Part shown: positions 42,545 to 53,639 of the stretch, piece by piece
How the letters are laid out: every line of letters starts with the position of its first letter
Position numbering within the stretch: the stretch's first letter is position 1
From: an uncultured Armatimonadia bacterium
GTDB lineage: Bacteria > Armatimonadota > Zipacnadia > CAVVLO01
Length of the DNA: 64,000 nt
Assembly: GCA_963749155.1 (NCBI GenBank)
Contig: CAVVLO010000002.1
Coordinates: forward strand, 1,344,001-1,408,000
Direction of reading: 5' to 3'
Notes under the pieces: generated by a model
Seen by the model: only the letters and a program-made list of their open reading frames with translations
Database searches by the model: none
Told to the model about the DNA's origin: nothing
Position numbers and translations under genes: made by a program

Positions 42545-44311
42545 GTGAACCGGATTACAGGCGGTATCGTAGCTTCACTGCTCGCAGTGGCCCTGCTACT
42601 TTCGATCGGGGCCGGGGCTGGCTGGGCGCAATTTGCCAACCAGCCAATCATAGCTCTGGAGGTAGCAGGCAATTCTCACGTGCCAAGTGACAACATCCTG
42701 GCTATCTCTGGGCTCAAGATTGGCGATCTGGCAACTGACCAGGCTCTGGGTCAGGCTGCCAAAAATATCGCCAATATGGGTTTCTTCGTTCCGCGTAGTG
42801 TCATACCCGGCCTGCTGCCCATCGAGGGCGGCGTAAAGGTCATCTTCAACGTGGTCGAGTACCCGGTAGTCAGCGCAATAAAGTTCATAGGTAATGCCCA
42901 CGTATCAGCGGCCGACCTCGAGTCTCAGATGGAGACCAAAATCGGTCAGGTGCTCAATGAGGCTGCTTTGCGCCAGGATCAGGACAATATCCAGGTCTTC
43001 TACCAGTCGAAGGGTTATATTGCGCTGATCACGGGCGCTCCCGTTGACCCCGAGACCGGCGTTATCACCATCGAACTGGTAGAAGTCAGCGTGCGCGAGA
43101 TCAAGATTGAGGGCAACCGAAGGACCAAATCCGATGTTGTCCTGCGCGAACTGACGACCAAACCTGGCCAGGTGCTCAACACCAAATCCGTTCAGGAAGA
43201 CCTGCGCACTCTGCGCAATCTGGACCTCTTCGAGGAAGTCTCGGCCAGGTATGACCCCATCCTGACCGAGGACGGCCTGGCTGATCCCGACCAGATAGGT
43301 TTTGTGGACTTCGTTGTGGTCGTGAAAGACAAGCGCACCGGCAACCTGGGCCTTGGAATTGGATACAGCCCGAGGGATGGCATCGTTGGCTTCGTCAGCG
43401 TCTCGGAGCAGAACCTGTGGGGCCGTGGTCAGCAAGGGAAAGTCTATGTCGAACAGGGCGGCCGGCAGAGCTATGACTTGTATTTCAAAGAGCCCTGGTT
43501 CGACAAGAACAAGACCAGCCTTTCGGTAAGCGTATATGACCGAGTCTCAGACCGGGACCTTTATTACACTGATGTAAGTGACGAACAGGAATCCTACGAA
43601 GAGCAGCGTCGCGGTTTCACCCTGGGCGCCACAAGGCCTGTAGGCAAGAATCGCAGTATGGGCCTTACCTATAAACTGGAAGAAGTCGAGCGCAGTGGCG
43701 ACATAATTGATGATGTATATCTCTTCGAGCCACTCGGCAAGACTTCGACAATCTCGATGTCGTATCTGGAAGACAGCCGGGACTTCTATGCCTGGCCGAC
43801 CAGCGGCTCCAGGCTGAGGATGGCCTGGGACCAGGGCCTCTCGTTTCTTGGCGGTGAGTACTCGTATGGTAAACTCACTTCCGAATACGCCAGGTATATC
43901 TGCCTGAGGCGCAAAGATACCGAAGCCGAATCTACAGTCCTGGCCTTGCGCGCGATGTACGGCACCTCAAGCGGCAATGTCCCAGTCTTCGAGTCCTTCA
44001 TCGTGGGCGGCGCCGATACCTTGCGCGGTTATAAAGAAGAGCGTTTTTGGGGCGAGCAGATGTTTCTTGCCACCGCGGAATATCGTTTCCCGATGGGCAA
44101 GGAACTCCAGGCTGTCGCCTTTGTGGATATCGGTGACGCCTGGGGCGGCGATTGGGCCGATCCGTATGCGGTGCCTGATGACAGTATGAACTTGCACGTT
44201 GGATATGGGGTCGGCATCCGCGTCAACACGCCGATTGGGCCTATCCGGATAGACTATGGCCTGGGCGAAGATGGCGCGCGCACCCATTTCAGCATCGGCC
44301 ACGCTTTCTAA
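42545..44311 (+). CDS. bamA: Omp85/BamA outer-membrane assembly factor
   Basis: Three POTRA-like domains (GN motifs), NLWGRGQ, LRGY and PIGPIRIDYG. Terminal FSIGHAF. Confidence 0.9.
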   Translation: MNRITGGIVASLLAVALLLSIGAGAGWAQFANQPIIALEVAGNSHVPSDNILAISGLKIGDLATDQALGQAAKNIANMGFFVPRSVIPGLLPIEGGVKVIFNVVEYPVVSAIKFIGNAHVSAADLESQMETKIGQVLNEAALRQDQDNIQVFYQSKGYIALITGAPVDPETGVITIELVEVSVREIKIEGNRRTKSDVVLRELTTKPGQVLNTKSVQEDLRTLRNLDLFEEVSARYDPILTEDGLADPDQIGFVDFVVVVKDKRTGNLGLGIGYSPRDGIVGFVSVSEQNLWGRGQQGKVYVEQGGRQSYDLYFKEPWFDKNKTSLSVSVYDRVSDRDLYYTDVSDEQESYEEQRRGFTLGATRPVGKNRSMGLTYKLEEVERSGDIIDDVYLFEPLGKTSTISMSYLEDSRDFYAWPTSGSRLRMAWDQGLSFLGGEYSYGKLTSEYARYICLRRKDTEAESTVLALRAMYGTSSGNVPVFESFIVGGADTLRGYKEERFWGEQMFLATAEYRFPMGKELQAVAFVDIGDAWGGDWADPYAVPDDSMNLHVGYGVGIRVNTPIGPIRIDYGLGEDGARTHFSIGHAF

Positions 44312-44340
44312 TTAGCAAAAGAAACGAGGAGACTGGACAA

Positions 44341-45069
44341 ATGAAGATCGAAATCAAAAGCTTTTCAATTCTGCTGATTACTCTGATACTCGGGCTGGGC
44401 CTGCTTACGACTGGCGCCTTCGCTCAGGGCGCTATTGGGGTAGTAGATACCCAGGCAGTCGAGAGTGGTTATGACAAGCTCAACGATCAGCTAATGGCGC
44501 TCCAGACCGAGGTTCAGGCCAAGCAGGCCGAGATGGAAGCGCTTGGCGGCTACCTGTTGCTTCCTGACGCCGAGTGGGCCGAGTTAAAAGCCTTGCTGAC
44601 CAAGCCCCTGGCCGAGCGCACCGAGGCGGAACTTGGCCGGATAGGCGCCCTGGCTCAGCAGATGAACACCATCCAGGGCGAATGGCGCCAGCTAACGGCC
44701 AAGCAGCCTGCCACCATGACGCCGGAAGAAAAGACCAACTTTGATGCCATCAATGCTCGTGGCAGCACCCGTTCAGCCGAGATGGGCCAGATGGAGACCA
44801 GTTACAATGCCATCTTCAAAGAACGCGCCCAGACTATCTTCACCAACGCTCGTACGCAGATTCTGGCTGCCGTGGCTCAGGTCGCCCAGCAGCAGCAGAT
44901 GAGCATAGTCGTAGAACGCGGCGCCGTGCTTTATGGTGGCACCGATATAACTGATCCAGTAATGAAGTTCATCAATGATGCCTATGCTCTTGAAAAGGCA
45001 GCTCCCCCTGCAGGCGCAACCACTGAGCCTGCGCCTGCGGATGGAGGGGCTGGTGGTGGGCAGGGTTAA
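44341..45069 (+). CDS. ompH: OmpH/Skp periplasmic chaperone
   Basis: IGVVD...coiled coil...VLYGGTDITDPV. Follows bamA. Confidence 0.8.
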   Translation: MKIEIKSFSILLITLILGLGLLTTGAFAQGAIGVVDTQAVESGYDKLNDQLMALQTEVQAKQAEMEALGGYLLLPDAEWAELKALLTKPLAERTEAELGRIGALAQQMNTIQGEWRQLTAKQPATMTPEEKTNFDAINARGSTRSAEMGQMETSYNAIFKERAQTIFTNARTQILAAVAQVAQQQQMSIVVERGAVLYGGTDITDPVMKFINDAYALEKAAPPAGATTEPAPADGGAGGGQG

Positions 45070-46168
45070 TCTCTGTGCCCCAAAAGGCCGTTTCCAGGGG
45101 GCGGCGTGGCTTTGCGCCGCCCTCTTTCTTGTCTCGTGGTCGCTCTCAGGCTGCGGGGTAAAGCATCAGACACCGTATGCCAGGCCCGCCCCCGAAGCGG
45201 TTTGGGTTGATGTGGAGCGACTCACTCAGGAGCATCCCCTGCTTGCAGGATTTGCGCGCGCCGCTCCTGGCAAGCTTCGTGTCATTTTTCCGGCGAAGGC
45301 TTCAGTCGTCGAAAACACCCCTCTTGCCTATATGCCGGTGGCCACGAGGCCTGGTTCAGCCAGTTGTCCTACCTCTGAAAAGGCTCTGGCGGAGGCGCGC
45401 CAGCTTCACGCCCAGTTTGAATCGGCTATCGGCAACTGGCTGGTCACAGCCGAGCAGCTTATGAGTCGCGAGCTTGAAGAAGCCACTTATCCCTGGTTGA
45501 TTGACCTGGATTACCGCTCTGCGCTGGCCAGGCAGGAGCGCCTGCAAGAGTTGCTGGCGGAGAATCGCCTTCAGCTTGTCAGGCTTGCTCTCGAAGCTGA
45601 AGAAAGTAAAGTGGCCCTTGAGCGAGCTGAATATTGGCGCCAATATGACGAACTGCGCGAGAGCCTGATTGCCGAAGCCGATGAGGCTGCCACAAGGACT
45701 CGCACCGAGGCGGTCTTCAGTGCCCAGCTAATGGCCCAGGAAAGCGTGCGAGGTCTGCAGGAAGACTTTGAGATGCGCGAACTGGCTCTGGTCGACGAAG
45801 CCGATGCCTTAAAAGTACGCCTGAACAGGCTGGCTGAGGAATCCGGGCAGACTGTACAAAACCTTTGCGAAAGTTTTGAAACATATTCGCCCCCTTCGCG
45901 CGAAGGGGAGTCAAGGCGGATTTTTACGCAGGCGGCCCTTTCGGAAGGCCAGCCAGGCCAGGTGGCTTCTCCAGGAGCCGCGGTCAGAGCCCAGGCGGTT
46001 CGCGAGACGCGGCAAGCAATCGAACGATTGTGCCGTGCCACGGGCCGTACGTCGTATACTGATGCGCAAAGCCGTGCCAGCCTGCCTGATGTGACCGAGG
46101 AACTTCGGCCCTTGCTCAGGCGTTTCTGGGCTGGGGAGCTGGAGGTAGAGCGCCCCTCATCGGGGTGA
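45053..46168 (+). CDS. Putative lipoprotein, divergent OmpH-like coiled-coil protein
   Basis: Lipobox LSGC. VWVDVERLTQEHP near the start and DVTEEL near the end echo OmpH termini. Confidence 0.5.
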   Translation: MVGRVNLCAPKGRFQGAAWLCAALFLVSWSLSGCGVKHQTPYARPAPEAVWVDVERLTQEHPLLAGFARAAPGKLRVIFPAKASVVENTPLAYMPVATRPGSASCPTSEKALAEARQLHAQFESAIGNWLVTAEQLMSRELEEATYPWLIDLDYRSALARQERLQELLAENRLQLVRLALEAEESKVALERAEYWRQYDELRESLIAEADEAATRTRTEAVFSAQLMAQESVRGLQEDFEMRELALVDEADALKVRLNRLAEESGQTVQNLCESFETYSPPSREGESRRIFTQAALSEGQPGQVASPGAAVRAQAVRETRQAIERLCRATGRTSYTDAQSRASLPDVTEELRPLLRRFWAGELEVERPSSG

Positions 46169-46187
46169 CTCCCAAGGCGGTGCCAGG

Positions 46188-47253
46188 ATGCCCGATATGA
46201 AGCTTTCAGAAATCGCAAATTTGGTCAGTGGCCAGGTTATTGGTGAAGACATCACCATAACCGGCGCTAGCGGCTTGCCCGAAGCCAAAGAAGGCGATAT
46301 CGCCTTTCTTGATCAATTTCGCTATCTGCCCGCTCTTGCAGAAAGCAAAGCTTCGGCAGTGATAGTCTCTCCCGAATTTGCTGACTCTGCCCTTGACCGC
46401 CCTGCAATCCTGTGCGAGGCGCCGCGTATTGCCTTTGCCAAGGTGCTGGCTACCTTCGCTCCTGTCTGGGAGCTGGACGAGGGCATCCACTCCACTGCGG
46501 TCGTTGATCCCTCCGCCGAACTGGGCGAGGAAACCCGTATCGGAGCCCTCTCCTATATCGGCAAGCGTGTGAAGATAGGCAAAGGCGCGCGGATTTATCC
46601 CCATGTCGTCATCGGCGATGATGTCGAGATCGGCGATGACGTCGAACTGTTCCCACTGGTCTGCATCTATCATGCCTGCAAACTCGGCAGTAAGGTCCGC
46701 ATCCACAGTGGTTCGGTCATCGGCAGTGACGGCTTCGGTTATGCGCAGGGGCCGACTGGCCTCGTCAAGATACCGCAGGTGGGTATCGTCGTAATTGAAG
46801 ACGAAGTCGAGATTGGCTCGAATACGTTCAGTCGACCGCGCCACCACTGGCGTGACGCTCATAAGCAAAGGCACCAAGCTGGACAACCTGGTCCAGGTCG
46901 CCCACAACGTCCGGATCGGTCGCAATTCCATCGTCTGTGGTCAGACTGGAATCGCGGGCAGCAGCCAGGTTGGTGAAGGAGTCATTCTCGCTGGTCAGGT
47001 CGGCGTCGGCGACCATCTTACCGTGGGCGATGGCTCTCAGGTCGGCGCGAAAGCCGCGGTGCTAAGCGATGTGCCCGCTGGCGCTTCTTACCACGGTTAT
47101 CCTGCCCGCCCCCATCGCGAACAACTGCGCATCTGGGGTAATGAGCCCAAGCTTGCACAACTCGTCAAGACAGTGCGCGAGCTGGAAAAGCGCCTGGCCG
47201 AACTCGAGGCCAGAGAGGACATACCGCAGTTTACGGAAAGAGAAAAGGCCTGA
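46188..47253 (+). CDS. lpxD: UDP-3-O-acylglucosamine N-acyltransferase (frameshift near 46828)
   Basis: Hexapeptide repeats, IGSDGFGY and KIPQVG, then VDRA, KLDNLVQVAHNV and LAGQVG in the second frame. Confidence 0.92.
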
Positions 47254-47277
47254 TTTACCAAGTCATGCAAATTAGCT

Positions 47278-47312
47278 GACGCGTCCGGCCCTGGGCCGGG
47301 CGCGTTGTGTTT
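47278..47312 (+). terminator. Terminator-like hairpin after lpxD
   Basis: GACGCGTCCGGCC-CTG-GGCCGGGCGCGTT followed by GTGTTT. Confidence 0.55.
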
Positions 47313-47369
47313 AGGCAGTCTCTTCGGGTAAACTCTAGCGAGTCGCGGCAAGGCCGCACGGAAAGAGAG

Positions 47370-49193
47370 ATGCCAATGAGGTTCACTCGCCAATTGCTCG
47401 GGGCCCTCTTGCTGGCCTTGAGCCTGTCGCAACTGGCGCTTGCTTACAGCACCGTCGATTGCCAGGTAACGCCCACCCAGGTTGGGGGGAAAACCGCGGC
47501 TAGACTTGTCGGCGCTGCTGGCTCCACCTCACCTTTCACCTTGCTTACCCTGGTCAAGAGCGATTATGTGCCCGATCCCCTGGCTACCGCGCGCGAAGCC
47601 TGTACTCGCCTGAATGCCCGGCTTTGCAAAGCGCCGGCTGCCAAAACTCTGACGGTGCAGCTTGCTGGCGCCAGGTTGATTGTTGGAGAAGCTAGCGCGC
47701 CGCTTTTTTCCTTTGATGCAAAGCATGCTTACAAAACTGGCTCCACTCCAGAAGCGCTGGTCAAGCAGTGGAATGCCTCTTTCAAGAAGTTGTTTGCCTT
47801 GCCCAGGCTGGCTGCTGACAAAGATTCACTGCTCGTGCCCGTCGGTGAGAGCCGCGACTTGACCGTCCTTTGGACTGGGGCTTCCGCCTCTCCCCTTTCT
47901 CTTGAGGCCAACCAGCCTGGACTGGAGACGACAATCTCTGGTTCTACCGCCTGGATAAAGGCTAGCACCACTGGAGATTGGGAACTCGCCCTCGTAGCCG
48001 AAAGCAAGCGCCTGGTAATGCCAGTCGAGGGACGTTACTGGGCCGCGCAACTCGTCAGCGCGCCTCAGGCCAGAGTCACGAGTTATGACCTCGCTAGCGA
48101 TGTCCTCAGACTGGCAGGCATCAGTGCTTTGTGGGAGAAACTCGTCCGGCGACCTGAGGCGACTACCAGCCTTGGAGCGACCAGCTTGCGCTCCGGCTCA
48201 CTGATGATGAACGTGCAGACGGACATCACCGGCAGCAATCTGATTACTTTCAGCCGCGATGTGGAGATAACCTTTTCGCGTCAGCAAGCGCCCCTCTCAA
48301 CGCCGCCTGACCGCCTCTATATAAGCAACTCTCCCGAAAGCGTCTCGCAGCCTCAGGTGCTTTGCGCGGCGCTTCTGGAGCCCGGCTCCAACTCGCGTCT
48401 GCTGTATCATCATCGCTCTATCAGCAGCAAAACGCTCTATTTTGAGATGAGCCTTGAGAATCCAGGCTCTGAGCCAGTCAGTGTCTTCCTGAAATCGCGC
48501 GCAGCGGGTCCCAGCGAACACGAAGCCTTCGCCGGCCATGTGGCGGCTTCGGCTGCCCTGGCAGATGCCTTCCAGCAGCGCGGCGCCTTCATCACCATAC
48601 CGGCTGGTGGCGCTGTCAGCTTCGGCCGGATAAAGACAACCAAGGGGCTCACTTCAAGCGCTGTGGCCGAAGTCGCGGTACTCACTGGCGGGCCTCTTTA
48701 CTGGTTGACCTCCGCACTGGAGAGCGCCCCTGTGCCAAGTTGGCAACCGCGCGCCTCCAAACCACTGGCCACACTTGAACGCTGGAAGCTCGCGCCAAGT
48801 TACCCGGCTCTTCTCGAGACAACCTTCGAAGCTGATCTCAGCGGTAAATGGTTGTTCGTGCCGATTGGTGGCGCCAACGTAAAAGGCAGTGATGACAGCA
48901 CTCTCCTGATGGGTGATTATGGGGTGCTGCATCGCATCCAGATCACCCTTGCCAACTCGCTGCCGAAAGCTACCGAGGTCGAAGTGATGCACTACGCGGG
49001 GGCGGGTTATTGCACTGCAACTTACAGTCTGCAGGGAGTATTCGCCGAATTGCCAGGCTGCCAGGGCTCGACCCAGACCCCTGTCGCCCGGTTCACGATG
49101 CCTGCCAATTCATCGCGCCAGTTCACAATCTACACGATGCCGGAATCTGGCTCGCACTATCCGGCCACGCTTATCTTGCGTAAGGCGCAATAA
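47370..49193 (+). CDS. Secreted hypothetical protein
   Basis: Long ORF with signal peptide MRFTRQLLGALLLALSLSQLALA. LYISNSPE, RLLYHH and GDYGV segments. Confidence 0.65.
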   Translation: MPMRFTRQLLGALLLALSLSQLALAYSTVDCQVTPTQVGGKTAARLVGAAGSTSPFTLLTLVKSDYVPDPLATAREACTRLNARLCKAPAAKTLTVQLAGARLIVGEASAPLFSFDAKHAYKTGSTPEALVKQWNASFKKLFALPRLAADKDSLLVPVGESRDLTVLWTGASASPLSLEANQPGLETTISGSTAWIKASTTGDWELALVAESKRLVMPVEGRYWAAQLVSAPQARVTSYDLASDVLRLAGISALWEKLVRRPEATTSLGATSLRSGSLMMNVQTDITGSNLITFSRDVEITFSRQQAPLSTPPDRLYISNSPESVSQPQVLCAALLEPGSNSRLLYHHRSISSKTLYFEMSLENPGSEPVSVFLKSRAAGPSEHEAFAGHVAASAALADAFQQRGAFITIPAGGAVSFGRIKTTKGLTSSAVAEVAVLTGGPLYWLTSALESAPVPSWQPRASKPLATLERWKLAPSYPALLETTFEADLSGKWLFVPIGGANVKGSDDSTLLMGDYGVLHRIQITLANSLPKATEVEVMHYAGAGYCTATYSLQGVFAELPGCQGSTQTPVARFTMPANSSRQFTIYTMPESGSHYPATLILRKAQ

Positions 49194-49250
49194 GATTCCA
49201 GGCCCTTCGGCCCTCACCAGGCCTGAAGGGCTTCAAAAGGCCCACCTGCA

Positions 49251-50153
49251 ATGGAAGAGGCTCCAACTATCACGTCCTGGGAGCGCAGGTCGACCGACTG
49301 GCTAAGGCTCCACGGTCAGTTACTGGTTCTTGCCGCCCTCGGAGTCGCCCTCTACTGGCCAACTTGCGGCTATCTTCTTCACTACTGGCTAAGCAATGAC
49401 TATATGCAGTTCGGCTTGCTGATGCCTCCAGCCATCGCTTATCTTGTCTATTCGCTCTGGCAAGAGCACGGCAAGACTTTCACTCCCAATCCTGCCTCGC
49501 TTCGGCTTGGCGCAGGGCTACTCGGCTTCAGCCTCCTGGTCCATCTGGCTGCCTGGCGAGCCCAGTCGCCCGATATCTCGGCCTTCAGCCTTATCACCTT
49601 TGTCCTGGCGCTGATGGCGCTCTTCTGGGGTACTCTGGCAGCGCGCAAATCCGCCCCTTTGCTCGCGATGTTAATACTGGCCGTGCCCAATCCCACGTTA
49701 TTATTCGCCGAAGTGACGACCTGGCGCTGGCAAGTCTATTCCTCAACGCTGACGGCTATTATCGCCTCTATCCTGGGCTTGCCCCTGGAGAAAGAAGGCG
49801 TAAACCTGGCTATCCCGGGCCATTGCAGTATAACGGTCGCGGCGGTGTGCAGTGGCTGCAAGACTTTCCTTGGGCTTCTGGCTTTCGCCTTTATCTATAT
49901 TGGAGTCGTGCGCGCCGTCTGGTGGAAGAAAGGTCTGCTCGTGCTTGCCACGGTGCCCATCGCCATTGTCAGCAACGCCTTCAGGCTTGTTGCGATTTTG
50001 ATTGTGGGGCGCTTTTGGGGACAGGAAGCCGCGATGGCCTTCCACGATCATAGCGGGCTAGGCCTCAGTCTTACGGCCTTGATACTGCTGCTGCTGCTTG
50101 GGAGGTGGCTTGGATGCGGCCGCTCCGAACCGGCCCCTTCGCCCTCCTCCTAA
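49251..50153 (+). CDS. Exosortase/archaeosortase family membrane protease
   Basis: About 8 TM helices. Catalytic-triad motifs VAAVCSG (Cys), NAFR (Arg) and FHD (His). Confidence 0.85.
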   Translation: MEEAPTITSWERRSTDWLRLHGQLLVLAALGVALYWPTCGYLLHYWLSNDYMQFGLLMPPAIAYLVYSLWQEHGKTFTPNPASLRLGAGLLGFSLLVHLAAWRAQSPDISAFSLITFVLALMALFWGTLAARKSAPLLAMLILAVPNPTLLFAEVTTWRWQVYSSTLTAIIASILGLPLEKEGVNLAIPGHCSITVAAVCSGCKTFLGLLAFAFIYIGVVRAVWWKKGLLVLATVPIAIVSNAFRLVAILIVGRFWGQEAAMAFHDHSGLGLSLTALILLLLLGRWLGCGRSEPAPSPSS

Positions 50154-50762
50154 CGCTGCTTGGACTGGCCTTGCTCATCCAGTATGCCTGGGCGCCAGCG
50201 CCTGAGGACCCAATGGCAGTCTATGAACGCGCCGTGGCCCGGATGGAGAAGGCTCTTCCGTTGAACTGTCGGTGACTGGGAGCGCAAGCCCAAGGCCCGC
50301 CAGGTGGTCGTCGCCCCCGGACGCGACGTCAATGCAACTTATTTTCGCGAAGATGGCTTCTGGGCTGACGTCATCCTCAGCACTCGCAGTGCCAAGCAGG
50401 AGTCTTGCTTTGTAAACGCCGGCACCCTCGTGCTACGCGGCCCCGAGTCCCTGGAGATCACCGCTCCCGATGGCGCCAGGCTGAAGGCGAAGCTCCTTAT
50501 TGTGCGGGCGCGCGCAGGAGGGGCGCCTGCCATCGTGGTATACACCTACCTGGACGCAAGCGGCGCCACCACGCGCATCTGGTGGTGGGCGTTGCTGCGC
50601 AAGAAGGCCGTCCAGATATACAAAGGCGAGGTGGAGAACGTCTTCTTGCGGGTAGCCAGTTATCCCACCAGGATCGAGCAAGGGATAGAACTGCCTCTTG
50701 AGGCGGCAAAAGAGTTGCTGGGGGCGCTTTCCGTCGAAATAAAGGCCGGATTGCGCGAATAA
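50114..50762 (+). CDS. Exosortase-associated EpsI-like protein (frameshift near 50265)
   Basis: N-terminal TM from ATG 50114 overlaps the exosortase end. LP..VGDW, ESCF...G, VVYTY and FLRVAS. Confidence 0.55.
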
Positions 50763-50829
50763 AGGATCAGTTATAAAATAGAAAGGAGGGCGCAAGGGAA
50801 GTTTCCCATCGGAAAGTTCTCTGGTTCCC

Positions 50830-50858
50830 TTGACACTGCGGCTAGACGCTGGTAGTAT
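50830..50858 (+). promoter_or_regulatory. rRNA promoter
   Basis: TTGACA-17 nt-TAGTAT upstream of the 16S leader. Confidence 0.7.
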
Positions 50859-51032
50859 AGCCGTTGCCGAGGGGCAAGAGCTGGTTGACAAGGGAATAGG
50901 GAGAAGAACGCCAAGCTTGTGCAGGGCTTGAAAAAATAGCTTTGCCCGTCTGGGGCCCAAGGGCCCTGGACATCAGCAGGCAAACTCGAAAACAAAAGCA
51001 ACCCACTGGCCAGTGGCTGGTGGGTAAATATT

Positions 51033-52566
<1,534 letters not shown>

Positions 52567-52774
52567 AAGGAGCATTTTTGGCCGACTCAGTCGGTCGCTC
52601 CAGGTCGATCTACACAAGCAAGCGTTCTTTCAGGAAGCTAACACTTCCCTCCCAGAGAGTTCTCCCGATGCCCCAAGCCGGCCTCGGTGCTTACCCTCTT
52701 CCCTTGTCAACCACGCCCTCCGGTACGTCCCGTCCGGCCAGGCTGCACAGCCAGCGGCCGGATTTTCTGCGTAA

Positions 52775-52851
52775 GGGCGTGTAGCTCAGGCGGCTAGAGC
52801 GCGTCCCTGATAAGGACGAGGTCGGTGGTTCAAGTCCACCCACGCCCACCA
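52775..52851 (+). tRNA. tRNA-Ile(GAT)
   Basis: GGGCGTGTAGCTCAGGCGGCTAGAGCGCGTCCCT-GAT-AAGGACGAGGTCGGTGGTTCAAGTCCACCCACGCCCACCA. Confidence 0.97.
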
Positions 52852-52991
52852 CTTTCCTTACCCCGCGCTCATTCATTTTGTCTTGCTTGCCTCATCAAAA
52901 GGTATCTTCGAGGCTCCGCCGGCTGGAAACCGGTCGACGCTTCGTGTAGAATAGCGGCGTTCCCGCGGAGATTTGAGTTGGAGGATAGCTG

Positions 52992-53564
52992 ATGAAAGTC
53001 ATAATGAAAGAGGACGTCGAGCGCGTAGGTTACGCCGGAGACGTGAAAGAAGTAGCCGACGGCTTCGCGCGCAACTTTTTGCTGCCGCGCGGGCTTGCCC
53101 TTAAAGCGACCCAGGGCGCCCTTAAAGACCTCGAATTGAGGAGAGGCGCTATCGAGCGCAAGCATGCCGACGCTGCCAAGCGCTTTGCTGCCGTGCTTAC
53201 CAAAATATCTGCCGAACCGCTGGTGCTTACTCATAAGACGGGCGAGGAAGGCAAACTCCATGGCGCGGTCACCACGACCGCCATCGCCGAAGCGCTGCAG
53301 GCCAAATATGGGGTCGAGATTGGCAAAGAAGTGCTCTCCCTGCCCGAGCCCATCAAGGCTGTCGGCAAATATGCCGTGCATGTAAAACTCCATCGCGATG
53401 TCACTGGCCAGGTTGAGGTGCATGTGCTGAGCGACCAGCCCGTCGTTAAAGCTCCTGCCGCGCCCGAGCCGGAAGTGGTCGAGGCTGCAGCTGCACCAGA
53501 AGTTTCTGAGGAAGTTCCAACCCCGGAGGAAGAAGGAGCCGGGGAAGCAACTGACGAAGAATAA
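52992..53564 (+). CDS. rplI: 50S ribosomal protein L9 with acidic C-terminal extension
   Basis: MKVIMKEDV, VADGFARNFLLPRG, KLHGAVT and PIKAVG. Confidence 0.95.
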   Translation: MKVIMKEDVERVGYAGDVKEVADGFARNFLLPRGLALKATQGALKDLELRRGAIERKHADAAKRFAAVLTKISAEPLVLTHKTGEEGKLHGAVTTTAIAEALQAKYGVEIGKEVLSLPEPIKAVGKYAVHVKLHRDVTGQVEVHVLSDQPVVKAPAAPEPEVVEAAAAPEVSEEVPTPEEEGAGEATDEE

Positions 53565-53639
53565 CAGTGTATCCAGAGGGGCCCCAACCGGGGCCCCTTC
53601 GCAATTTATCACGACACCAGGCGCGCCGGGGTGGGCAGT

